From assembly GCA_965112155.1 (NCBI GenBank), contig OZ218103.1: a DNA stretch of 64,000 bases; one strand, given 5' to 3'. Of the stretch, positions 26,943 to 39,936 are shown one piece after another. The notes under the pieces are model-generated. The model had not been told where the DNA came from and did no database searches. It saw only the letters and a list, made by a program, of their open reading frames with translations. The position numbers and the translations under genes were made by a program. The stretch is from Podarcis liolepis (lineage: Eukaryota). Within the stretch, counting starts at the first letter, position 1, and the number at the start of each line of letters is the position of its first letter.

Positions 26943-29172
26943 CTGGGAAGACAAGGGCAAGGGGTGAGGAGGCAGCAAGGCTGGTGGAGTGCAAACGCAC
27001 CAGCAGAGCCAATCCAGAGCTCCTGCTAGTGTATTTGCATCATGCCAAACTCTCCCCTTCATGCTCCTGATATGCCAGACCAATGGCAGTGACAGGAGGT
27101 CATGTAGACAATGCAGCCCCTCCCACCACTGCTGGCTGAAAGATTCTCCAAGGGCACTCAATACTTTATACACTACAATGCACATGTTCTTATGACATTG
27201 TACAGACTTCCCTGATCTGATCTGGTACCCTCCAGATGTTTTCAACTACAACTTCCATTACCCCACCCTCACCAGCCAGTATGGCATTGGCCACTGGTGG
27301 AAATCGTAGGTCAAAACATCTGGAGAGGACACAGTATATAAAATAGTTCAGCACAGGCCACTGGGTGATACATGACTAAATATGGGCCAGCCACATTCCA
27401 AGGCAAATGCACACATTCAATTTTTGATTTGCTTATAGGGAAAGAGAGTATGACTTAAAAAGGCTAGAACAGTCTGTAGAAAGAAAGTACTGGGAGCCAA
27501 TATAGACATGATTAGAGCAATAATGTTAGAACAATAAGAGTTAAAACAACAATGTTTCTATTTTAGGTGCAGAGTGTTCACAAACATCCTTATTCAAGTA
27601 ATGTCTTTCCTTTTATGAAATGGAAGTAAAACTGCCAACACATTCCAGGAACTTCATAATGAGAACTGATGTCAACAACGGCTACAGGAGCTCATCAGCA
27701 TCCAGAATCAGGTAAGGCATTCACATTTTTGTCCCTACACCTCTTCAGTTGACTATTATAGCATGAAGATGTAAACAAACATAAATGTCAAACCCAGAAG
27801 CCAACATTAGCCTCGCCATCTGTGCAGTCAGAAATACTGCCTAACACCTGAGTAAACAGGCAAAACATAAATTCTTGGTTATGAAGAGGAACTAGTTTGT
27901 GTCAGCTTATTGGCAGATGAAAGACAAACGCATTATTTTAAACTCTGGCTTTTTATGGTGGAGAGGCGGAGAAAGCAAGCTTTGGAAGGTCAACCTATCT
28001 CCTTTCTGGCTATAAGGGATTTGTTGGCACCGCCCTCCTGATGAACAGGTTGCCAACTCCTATTAAGAAAACAATGTTATGACCTTTCCTCAATAAGCCA
28101 TATCAGGACATGGGCTATTGTGCCAGTCAAGCTTTCAAGTGCTTTTTCAAAGGAACATTGGCGAAGGTATCATTATTTTCACTGTAAAAATTGAAAGCCC
28201 ATATAAAAGCAGAGAAACAGGACTAACGTGTAACAGGCAACAATGCTCCAAGGCAAGCAATATAAGAAGAAAGTTAAATTGATTCTATGAGTTAGATTCT
28301 TCCTGTTTCAGTTGCAGGGCCTATTCATACCTACATTTCCTTCTACAAAAAAATCTGGCACACGCTCACCTGTGTGATTTTACAATCAACAGTGCATCTG
28401 CTGTCATACATCAGAAAATCCAGCTCTTAGGATACCATCAAAAAAATGCATTTATGAAAGTATGCCAAAAGTTGGCTTTTGAACATCGCAGCAGATGCAT
28501 GCAACCCTACCAGCCTCACCAAGAGGAAGAATACCTCTATTTTAAAATATTTTCTTTTGTAGCTACTACACACCCAAAGGTCACATGAACATGACCTCAG
28601 ATAATGAGTTTTGGTCAACAATTCCTCTTAAATATTTTTTCTTCTGTTTCAATCTTTGACATTAGTCATTCTCTTGTTATGCGATTCCAACCACACCCTA
28701 TTTTTGTTAACATTCTGTCAATGGACCTTGGAGAATAGTTATAGCATCATTAACGTCTGATAATAAACACTTCTGGTGTTTATTATCATCAGTGAGCACA
28801 GCAAACATAATTGATCCGTACCAAATATTGTTTCAGATAGGATATAAGTTTTGACAACATTATGATTCTTGCTATGGAAAATAGTTTATTATTTCTGCAA
28901 GTAACATTTTATTTTATACATGTTGCTCTTTATAGGGATATTTCAAACAATTGTTATTTGTTTGGTGCATTAACTTCCTGCAATACTATTAAGTATGCTT
29001 TGTTTCGCTGGCTAAACATCTAACTCAACAAAACTTTCAGAAACTACAGGAGACAAGGTACCACCCTGCCAGCATACAATTGGGAAAACTGTTAAGGCAC
29101 ACTCTGTAAGAATACATATACCATAAAGCCTTCTGTGGCTCTATCCGTTTGAATCTCAGTACACACTCTGTA

Positions 29173-29236
29173 CAGTGGTACCTTGATTGTTGAATGGCTT
29201 GACTCCTGAACGCCTCAAACCCGGAAGTAAGTGTTT
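29173..29236 (+). mobile_element. Truncated Tc1/mariner MITE (left end only)
   Basis: TA|CAGTGGTACCTTG...CCGGAAGTAAGTGTT; no right TIR. Confidence 0.65.
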
Positions 29237-30905
29237 ATGAATGCAACAGTAAAATCAACTAGTCAAGGTACAGTCACCACAAGGTAAACAAGCTGTGCAA
29301 GAATTACAAAATAGAGAAGCAACGGCCATTAAGTTTGGAAATCTGCTAAGCTCCTAAGGCTGAAATCCTACACTTGCTTACCTGAGAGCAAGTCTTAAGA
29401 CACTAAATAGGACTTATTTCAGAGGAGACATGCATCGGGGTTGAAGAGGGACACCTATCAGGTATAACTGTGCAATAGCCTAGCACTGGAGGTCATGTTG
29501 ACAGCTAAGATCATGCTGAACTTTAACTGACAACTGATTCCAACTTATTTTCCCCACACATGTATTAGGCAATGGTCACCAGAGCTGTGGAGCCACCCCA
29601 CCAACACCATTCACTACAGCTTATGTGGATGTGGACAGGGGAGCAACAACATCAGGGCTGTGCAGGCACACCAGATTGGCTCTGTGTGTTTTTCTACAGC
29701 TGTATTAAAATAACTGGGAAAGAGCTCCATCAGCTGCACCAGAACAAAGAGCCACTCATCATGACTACCTTTGGCATATTCCAGTAATTGCTATAAACAT
29801 TCTGCCTTCTTCAGCGGTTCACAGCTCTTATGAGGGAACTGCCATCTTAAAGATATACATATATTATATCTATATAAATGTGCACACAGCCCTTAACTAA
29901 AATAAGATACCAGCTTGATAGATTGAGTTTATATAAACTATTATCCTTCACCCGGCTCCGTTGGGAAGCGTGCACAGGTAGAGTTAAGGTTGTCAGTGCT
30001 TGCATTATAAAACCCTGTCTCAAATGTTTATAACTGGACTGTTACAAGGACGCTCAAGCGTTTTGTCTTTAAGGCTCTGTTATTCTTCACTGTTATGTCC
30101 CCTTACTAGCTCGAAAATAAAACTCTGATTCCTATCGACTTTGTCCTTCCCTGGATGTCAAACACAGTATTTTGCAGTATTTTAGTGCTTCCTTTAGCCA
30201 GCCAACACTTGTTTCCATTTGCTCTCCTACCTGCATCCCTGCCGTATCATCTGCTACAACATGAGCAATGTGTTAGCTAAGCATGTCTATCTGTTATTCC
30301 ATCCATACAACACTGTTGTATTTCCTAGTGCCGTTTCATTTTTAAAGTGTCTTGGGGTTTGATGCACAAGCTATTTTGTCAAGGCGGAACCAAACGTGCT
30401 GCAAGTGAATCAAAAGAACAGGTCTAAGAGCCTTTTGTTCTAAGAGCATCTCAAATGCTCCAACCTGCATTCTATTTTCAGTGGCTTTTATTCTGTGCGA
30501 TCATTACTAATGCATTGTAGCAAAAAAGGGGCATTCACAAAACACTGGAATCTGTGCCAAAAAAATTCGAGGGGGTAAAAATTCATTCTAAACCAAGATT
30601 TTTTAAAAAAGAAAATATTTATTTTTAAAAAAACAATTTGTCTTTACTTTTTTAATTTATACCTTATTCACAACTGAGATTTAAATCAAACTCAGTGTTT
30701 TCTTAAAGTAAGTTTTAACTGCCCTGCAGCTTTCCAAGTTTCCAAATTGCTATTACAAAAGTCCTGTATGGTGACGTCTACGGTGCGTTATCTTTGATGG
30801 AATTTGCACATATCACAAAATCTCCAATATCTAATAACAAACTCTTACTGAAAATGCAAGTATCATCAAACAGTATGTATGAGCATAAGGAACTACCCTA
30901 TACAG

Positions 30906-31157
30906 CAGGGGTCAGCAGCCTTTTTCACCGTGGGCCGGTCCACTGTCCCTCAGACCATGTGGTGGGCCGGACTATATTTGGGGAGAGGGGGAAATGAACG
31001 AATTCCTATGCCCCACAAATAACCCAGAGATGCTTTTTAAATAAAAGGACACATTCTACTCATGTAAAAACACGCTGATTCCTGGACCGTCTGCGGGCCA
31101 GGTTGAGAAGGCGATTGGACCGCATCTGGCCCATGGGCCTTGTGTTGCCTACCCCTG
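30906..31157. mobile_element. hAT MITE, 8-bp TSD CTATACAG/CTATACGG, nested in an older SINE
   Basis: TIR CAGGGGT...ACCCCTG; TSD 7/8. Confidence 0.85.
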
Positions 31158-33052
31158 CTATACGGAGTTGGGTTATGCGACTATCTATTCTATTCTAATC
31201 CTATGGTGATTGGCAACAGCTCTCTAAAGGTGCCAGGAAAAAGTATTTTCTAGTTCTGCAACCAGAAATCCTTTGAATTTGAAATGCCAAGGATTAAACA
31301 GCTAATTGTGAAAGCACCTAAGTGTGTTTTACCCATACAAGGGACCTGTGCTGACACAGAAAAAGAACAAAATTTGGGAGTGGAAATCTTTCTATTTACC
31401 AGTGGCTTTCAAACCCCTGAAATCATGTTTCGTTCTCTATTAAAGAACAATAGCAAACATGCCAGTCAAAGAGAAATAACAACAATGGGTGCTTGACCTA
31501 CTTGGCTCAATCACCAAGACAGCATTTGTACTACCAAACAAAGGAGGGAGGGGGGAAATCTAAGGCATTAGATGAAGAAGATCAAAGTCTGCTCTACTAT
31601 ATTCAAAGACAAATAAAGTTCTTAAGCAGCAGAAGACAGACAGTAAATTTAACCCTACAGCTGCTGGCTACTCATACATTTACAGGAAGGCAAATCAAAT
31701 TTCAGGTGTTTACTTAAGTGGCCATGTAGCCAAGGCTTGAAAGACACTTGTGCCTATATTATCCGCATAACATTGATAAATGTAAGATATTCAGCTGCTT
31801 CCAAATGGGAAAAGGTGTAGCCTTTGAAGCTCTCCCTGGTAAACTCATAGGAGTTACTGTGAAGAAAGGAAACTGGTAACTTATAAGAACCACACTAAAG
31901 TGGGGCTGTGGGGATTAACACACAAGAAAAAACATTAATAACCGCTGTTAATATACAGAAGAATGTTCCTGGGTGTGGTGGGATTTCCTGATGCTTTGGT
32001 AAATGAACACCTTTTACTGCAGGCTTTTTCTAAGAAAACAAAATGACAGCGGGGAATATGATAAATTTAAGTTGATGAACATCCATTTTCCCTGCCAGAA
32101 TTCTCGCTTTTTAACTGGATTTGTTTTTCTTAAAGGCATAGATTCTCATGTGCTAAATTCCATTCTCCCTAGAGAAATAAGGGCATCCGAGTTTTTCTAC
32201 TGAGACTCTGGCCTTGCCTGCACTAAAACAGTAGGACTGAGAAACAAGACAAGTATAATTTGTAATTTTATTTATTAATCACTTCATTAAAAAATTACCT
32301 TAGGCAACATACAGATCAAAATACAGGCAGGGACCATTTTAGGCATGTCCAATTGATGTGCGATTGCTAACACACAGGTCCTTTTGGACATGAAAGAGAG
32401 GTTAATGGGGGTGCTTAGACATGCTCCACCAATATGCATGGGGGCAGGAACAGAACCCACACATGAAATGGTCACTACCTGTTCAGTAAATTCAGCATTA
32501 TAATCTTAAACAACCCAAGCAATGCAACGTAAGAAAAAACAAAACACATAAATGAGCCAAAGACCATCACAAAACTAAAAACCGCACAGCCACTATTAAC
32601 CACAAGGCAATAATGCTAGTAACTTTTCACTTGGGGACTGTTGAAATTCCTCCTCCAGGTCTCCATAAGTATTTCTGGAAGGATGACAGCATTAGACTCA
32701 GGCATGTGACAGATCAGGCTTCTCCAACCTGATGCCCTCCACTTTGTTAAAAAACAGCAATTCCCATCTCCCCTGGCCGTTTGTCATGATGGATGGGGTT
32801 CAGCTGAATTAAAGTCCAGGTTGGGAAGGTCGACATACAGTGTTGAACTTCAATGGAGAGGAAGATCAGGGTTGCATTCCTGCATATCCATGACACACAC
32901 TAGTTGACTCTGAGTCAGTCACTATCTCACATGATTGAGCCCTTTGGAAGGCAGCATGGAAGAAAAATGTAACCAGTCATCATTCTCTGGACTGCACATT
33001 TACCAGGAGTTTGCCAACCAAACAAGCCATGGAAGTATTGATTGAGGTCTAG

Positions 33053-33415
33053 GTAAAGGTAAAGGTACCCCTGCCCGTACGGGCCAGTCGTGTCCGACTC
33101 TAGGGTTGCGTGCTCATCTCGCTCAAGAGGCCGTGAGCCGGCACCGTCCGAAGACACTTCCGGGTCACGTGGCCAGCGTGACGAAGCTGCAGCTGACGAG
33201 CCAGCACCAGCGCAGCACACGGAAACGCCGTTTACCTTCCCGCTATAAAGCAGTCCCTATTTATCTACTTGCACTTAAGGGTGCTTTCGAACTGCTAGGT
33301 GGGCAGGAGCTGGAACCGAACGACAGGAGCTCACCCCGTCGTGGGGATTCAAACCGCCGACCATACGATCATACCATAGGCACTGAGGTTTTACCCACAG
33401 CGCCACCCGCATCCC
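33053..33415 (-). mobile_element. Full-length Sauria SINE with perfect 15-bp TSD (TTGATTGAGGTCTAG at 33038-33052 and 33416-33430)
   Basis: tRNA-like head GGGATGCGGGTGGCGCTGTGGGTAAAACC on the - strand, B-box-like GGTTTGAATCCCC, (ACCTTT)n tail, CpGs retained. Confidence 0.92.
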
Positions 33416-35571
33416 TTGATTGAGGTCTAGAAGACTCCAATTCAGTGTGTTATCAAAGCACTTTAATTTTTATTCTGAGCAGCCAACTCATAATTTCGTG
33501 CCTTTAGGTTTAACAGTGCTAGTTTCTTGGCAATTTAAAATGGTTGAAGAACTCAGCTGATGAGAAAAGGCTGTCACAATTCCAAAATTCTGAGGCTTTT
33601 TTTTTTCCTTCTGAAAATAAAATGTCAAGCAAGGCACAGAGGGAGACAGCCACGGAGGGAAAAACCTGTTCTAGGAGCTGGAAGGAAACTTAGTACGAAG
33701 AAAAAAGAAAATATGCCTCCTATTTTTCTCTGGTAGCTCAGGAATGAGGATGCTTGCCTAAAGGTGAAATTAACCGACCTGCTTGTATGCAATGCACACA
33801 CACACATTGAATATATAACTAATCAGCAAAGATTAAATATGCAGATTGGCTGCATCCTATCTTTCAGCAGTGTTTTGAATGGCAATTTTACAGAGATGGC
33901 CGCCAAGAGTGTGTTCATAAGAAGCCTATTTGCATTTAGTGATGCATTTAAACTGGAACTATCTTATACAGATGTGTCTAAGCTGAATGCAAAAAATATT
34001 TTACATCAGCGCTGAAAGATTTAGTCCTGATAAGTGCCTTTGTTATTTAATTAATTAATGACCAATCAGCAATGCTTGCATCTCCACAGGTTGCGCTTGA
34101 TGCAGAAATGCCTAGGGATGTGATCGCTATCTGTCTTGCAGACTTAACTGGGTCTCAAAGTCTCTCTCATCCAGTCAACTGTTCCTTTCTCTATTAGTAT
34201 AGCTGGTGGAGGTGTATAGAAAGGAGAGCGCGGATACTTTTTCTAGACAGTGCCACAAGATGGCAGAATGAATTCTCACCAGCCCTCTTGATAAATCTTG
34301 CTCTAATTCTAGTGCCCCATTGGGCAATGGCAAACGTTCAAAGAAATGCCTCAGAAATGAAAGGAAAGAGTAAGAGTCGTTGACCTTTTCATATTTAAAT
34401 GAAACAAGATTTAACAAATGCACTACCTTTTATTTAATTTCAACATGACTTTTACATTACCTGTCAGGTGATTTGCAGTCTAGCGTATCACTGCATAGTC
34501 AGATAATTCATTAGAGTTACTGCCCTGTCATAGATTGCACGAACTGAGCGTGAATACACAACACAATTGCCAATAATTAAAGGTACTCAGCGTGGGGAGG
34601 CAACGGGCTGCAATGCATAACCCTTATGCTGCACTGCTGCCACCTCGTTCATTGGGAATACTTGTAAGTGGGAGTATTCAAGACGTGAACTACAACCTAT
34701 AACAGCTTGGGATGAGTTTAACAACACTGTTTTCTATTCTCCTAAATCCTCCTTTGCTCTACCTTAATATTTATGGCTGAATATCTCAACAAGAAATGTC
34801 AGGGGTACATTAGCTATCTCCTTCTGTTAATTTTCTGAGGAAGTGAGGCAGCAAACCAACAGTGCTCCCATTCTGGAAACTAACAACACTCTCTTGAATA
34901 TGCAGCTATTTTAAATTTTTAAAATACATCTCCAACTCTTCCTCACAGCCAATCCTGTTTAATCTAAAGTTAGTTCGGAACATCTTGAAGAATCAGCTAC
35001 TTGTTTTTAATCTTTTTAGATTAATAATATCCAAGAAACATGTACCTATTGTGAAATTTGTGTAGGGATAATTACACAATCAAAAGTTGTTTCCAATATC
35101 TTAAATAATCAGTAATCTTTCAGGGCTTTAGAAGAGACTGATGTCATGCATGGGGATTGATAAGGGATTCAGTGTTGTGGCTCACATACTTCCAATTGTG
35201 CAAAGCAGCTTTTCCCTTCTCTCCTCTGCAGCTCCCAGCGCATCCTCAAGATTTGCTATAGAGGGCCAGGAAACCCTCTAGAACAGATTTCGGTGCACAC
35301 TGGGAAAGCTTATGAAAGAGAAGTCTCATTGTGCAAGCAGAACTCCGCTCATGTGATGCTGGATACATCCCTAAGTTTGTAGCCACAAAAATATAGCAAA
35401 AACACTTAACCAAGGAAGGGAAGCATCCAGAATTAAGAGAGAGGAAGTCCAACAGGATTTTACCTGCTACTTCTTCCCACTGCAGTCCCTGCAGCTCTCC
35501 AAAATTCCGCTGCAGCAGAATTTTGGCTGCAGTAGCAGGAGGAGGGGAATGCCAGAATACAGGGGAGATGC

Positions 35572-35709
35572 CTTAGAATCTTAGACTTTGCAGAGTTGGA
35601 AGGGACCACGAGGGTCAAGTCCAATGCAGAGATATTTTGCCCAGCCTGGGCCTCAAGCCAATGACCCAGAGATTAAAGACTCGTGCTCTACCAACTGAGC
35701 TACCCCAGC
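35572..35709 (-). mobile_element. tRNA-Lys-derived SINE with CR1-type tail
   Basis: Reverse complement of the same head and tail as 17053-17208. Confidence 0.75.
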
Positions 35710-36283
35710 TGTCTTGAATATGCAGAAGGAACTCTTGAATGCAACCCTTTATATGTATCTCTTAAAAGAGAGCTTTACCTGGCCAATTTTGTATTCTGGA
35801 CAGTATCCAAGTCTGCAGCCAAGCAAATCCCACATCCTACTACAAGTAGCTGCACCTGGGCAAAAATCCATATTGCTCACCCTAGTTATGCTGCTGTTCC
35901 AGGGGACACTACATACACGAAATCTAGCACAAGAACTCACACATCCCAATCTCCTTTGTGTAATTAATAATACATCCAGGCACATTCGTTTCCTAGACAT
36001 GCCCACCACCTTTGAAGACGAAATTTAGAAACTGGGTACAGATACGCTCCTTTAAGGCACTCAGAAAAGGGCCAAACCTCCTTGCCAATTCCAAGTATTG
36101 CAAAAGGGTATGCCCTCGGGTTTTCTTGGACATGCACTTCACACTTGAAGACAGATTTGGGTATCCACACATTCAGCATCCATAGCTAAGAGTGCAATCT
36201 AGAAACCAGCAAGCATGCTTGCTCTTACGTATAGGAAAGCCAGATTAAAGCAGTTTGTGTTCTGCACCAGTTCAGCTTTCTTA

Positions 36284-36433
<150 letters not shown>

Positions 36434-37764
36434 TCAAATATGATAGGACACTGCTTTTAGTAACAGCATTTTTAAAAATGCCAATATTTGCAGAGCATCA
36501 GGGCTCCATCCATGATACATTGCCATGTAGCCTATGCATGTATTAGATTGTATGTATGCAAGTCAAATTCCATTATTTATTTATTTTGTTAATTTATTCT
36601 TTAAAAGTTTTAGATTATCAACTGAACTACATGAACCTGTATCAACCCAAAAAAACTCAGTTTATACCAAGAAGTTAATATGGAAGAAATTAGAGAGGGA
36701 AAACAGATGGGGAACAGAAATGTTCTGCTATATTCATTTAAATTTATCAGAGTCTTGAATCATATTAAATGACAGTGCAGCCAGTTTTTCTTTGGTTTAG
36801 TTTCTGTTTGTTTTAAAACAATCAGAGTAGCAACCGGAGAGCCCAGCCCATTCTTGTCCTATAGACCTTCCCACTTCTGAAGCTTCCAAGGAGCAACAAG
36901 CAATATGGTGAGAGAAATCCTAACTCCCTTTTCCTGATGGAAGGGCTTTGGAAAGAGTTGGAACCACTGTCACATCTGTTCATGGTAGCTGGAAGGCAGG
37001 ATGAACCCTGATCCCCAGTGCTATTACAATGGTAGCAAGACTGGCTTAACTCTACTGCGTCTCTCAAAATGTCCCATTTTCAGGGCTTTCCATTGGCTCC
37101 CACACTCACATTTAGTGGACAACAGAAGGCCAGCTAAGAGAGCTGGGATGAGGGACACCTCTGCCTAATCCAATCCTCCTCCCAAACTGACGTGGCGGAG
37201 GTGGAGTGGATTGTTCTTTACAAATTTTCACTTTACCTCATGATTCAGAAAGTAATTTACTTCTGAATGCTAAAGTATTACCTTTCATTAATAACAAGAA
37301 GGCAAGGATTATCCTCTTGTTCATGAAATAAATATATGCACTGCAAACTTGCCCTTCTTCTATAGTTTGACCCAAAGCCCTCACTCAGAAAATGTCTGAC
37401 TACGCAAAGCCCTATGCAGAAACAAGACTAGGCATAAGACCTACGAAGGATTAGTCACCAAGTGACACGGGTCCATAAATTCTTGCACTGCCTCTCCAAA
37501 CCATCGCTGCTTTAAATCTTAATAATCAGCATACAGACTGCCAGAGTTTGATAGCCTCTTCAGAGTCCATCAGATGTTTGAGAGGAGGCTTTAAAAGCCT
37601 TTAAAGCATGAAATTGACAACACCTTCATCACAGGGATCATCAAAGTAGCCAGCAATGTAAAAGAAATGCTAGGCCAGCAGTGGAGGTAATTGTTTGCCA
37701 GAAAGAGAATAGACATGAGTGAGTACAGGAGATAAACTGTTAAGAGTAAGAAGTATGTTCATAA

Positions 37765-37930
37765 CACAAGAACTCACGGTTATCCATTGAAATTTTCAGG
37801 AGATGCAGGACTGACAAACAGGAGCAATATTTCATTAAAAGCATATTTAAATGTGTAAAATTCACTGTTACAGGATGTCCCTAAAGCTCTTAAACTCAGA
37901 TGGGTTTAAAATAGGATTTGACAAATCCCT
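37765..37930 (+). mobile_element. CR1 LINE 3' fragment (decayed)
   Basis: Remnant of the RTRGH.K...RT..R..FF..R....WN.LP...DGFK.GLDK CR1 ORF2 end, with frameshifts. Confidence 0.6.
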
Positions 37931-39478
37931 GACTGTGCAGATGGTGGCTGACTGGAGTTAGAGTTCAACATCTGGAGGTCCCCCATCACTGGTTGTTGTG
38001 TGGATAATGACTGCATGTTTGAGAAGCACTCTGAACACTTGAAAAAGCTATACAGGAGTTCAGGGTTGTTATTATTATGGACCTATCAGTGGCTATTTCC
38101 CCACAGTAACCAAGAAGAACTTCCAAGTTTCAAAGATGGGGTACAGACACAAGAGCAGGGAAGACTGTTGTCTTCACACCCTATATGCAAGCTTCCTGGA
38201 GACATCTGATCTGTGGGAAAACAGGATGATGACTAAGATGGGACACAAGGGATCTTCTTGTGTTCTTTATTGCTGTGTCCTCATAGGGAGGGCAGATGTT
38301 TCCTTAGCCCCCTGAATAGAACTGTCTGCAACAGCATCGTATTTAGTAACTATAAGGAGTAGATTTTGGTTCATCCAACTCTCCCTATCATATGTTAGAT
38401 CTTGTTCACAGGCAGACCTCCTTTTCTTTAATAAAGCCTGGCTGTAAACTGAAATTCCATGTATTAAGCAGTGAAGAAAGGTGGTGGCCAATTCTTCTGT
38501 ATTATTCCTTTAGGTAAGATGGAGAAACTTCAGCCTCCAGGTGTTGAACTACAATGCCCAACAGCCCCAGCCAGCATCACCAATGGTCAGAGATAATGGA
38601 AGTTGTGGTCCAACAACATCTGGAGGGCTGTTGGTTCCCCATTCCTGCTCATATACTAAACTAGGCTTCAGACGAAAAGAGAGCTCACTAGCTATGCATT
38701 TGGTTGGGACCTCCTCTCATTTTTGCAGTTCAAGGAAGTCAGCAAAATAAGTGGCTTTTTCTCTCATTTTGTGTTATGTCATGCCCCTCACAGCAGCAAT
38801 TTCATGTTGGGCCACAACCACCCCCCATCCCAGCAGCAGGTATTTTGTGATTGGTACCCTTAGCACTCTCTCAAAATTCAAAATGTGCCCACTGGCCCAA
38901 AAAGGTGGGCAACTCCTGAATGAGTTAACTTTACAGCCATAAGAAGAGATGATTTGCCTTAAAAGCACTTTGAGTCTATTAATGGAACATGTGTAACCTT
39001 TTCTAGTGGGATGCATATATTCATTTCTAGGAATTCACTGGCAGCAGGGGGAAAAATAAAGCCTCTGGAATTTGTCTACAAATTGTTACCAGGATGCAAC
39101 CACAATCCTCCGCCAAGAGAAAACGTAGCTTCTAATATTATCAAAGGATGGAACTGTTTATGTTACCAAAGGATATGGAATTAGTTTTCAAAGACTGTCA
39201 CAAAGGAGAAAAATAATTAACCAAATATTCTACCACATTTGTGATTCAATGAGATAATTATATGTAGAGAGGGGTTTTTTTCTGAAACAAAGGTTCGTTG
39301 ACAGTATATGAAAAGTCCAGACCAAAAAAGACCAAATGTAAATTTTGGAAACTGCTTTTGAAAGTCTGCAACTGCAGACTTTCAGTGTTTTTAAAAATGA
39401 AAAGTGATTAAAAAAGACACCCCTATTGTCCTTATATGCATAATTCAAGTATGTGTACTATGTTTAAAATTATGATTA

Positions 39479-39936
39479 CAGTGGTACCTTGGTACTCAAA
39501 CGCCTTGGTACTCAAACAACTTGGAACCCAAACACTGCAAACCCAGAAGTAAGTGTTCCTGTTCGTGAACATTTTTCAGAAGCCGAATGTGCTCAGTTTT
39601 GAATGTTACGCTGAGGTCTGTTTGTTTTTACTATTTATTTTGTGCTTTGGGGGGGGGGTGTTCATTGCGGGTTGTTTTGTTTTGTGACTATTTGGAACCC
39701 AGTTCAGCTACTGATTGACTGTGTGACTGTAGTACATTATTGTTTTCATTTGATGGATCTCATTAGATAGTAAAATCCATGTTAAATTGCTGTTTTATGG
39801 GTTGTTTTTAAAAGTTTGGAACGGATTAATCCATTCTGCATTACTTTCTATGGGAAAGCGCAGCTTGGTTTTGGAACACTTCAGTTTTGGAATGGACTTC
39901 CGGAACAGATTAAGTTTGGGAACCAAGGTACCACTG
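39479..39936 (+). mobile_element. Tc1/mariner MITE, longer internal variant
   Basis: TIR CAGTGGTACCTTGGT, TA TSD; shares GAAGTAAGTGTTCC and ATTAAGTT...GAACCAAGG with the 21738 copy. Confidence 0.85.
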
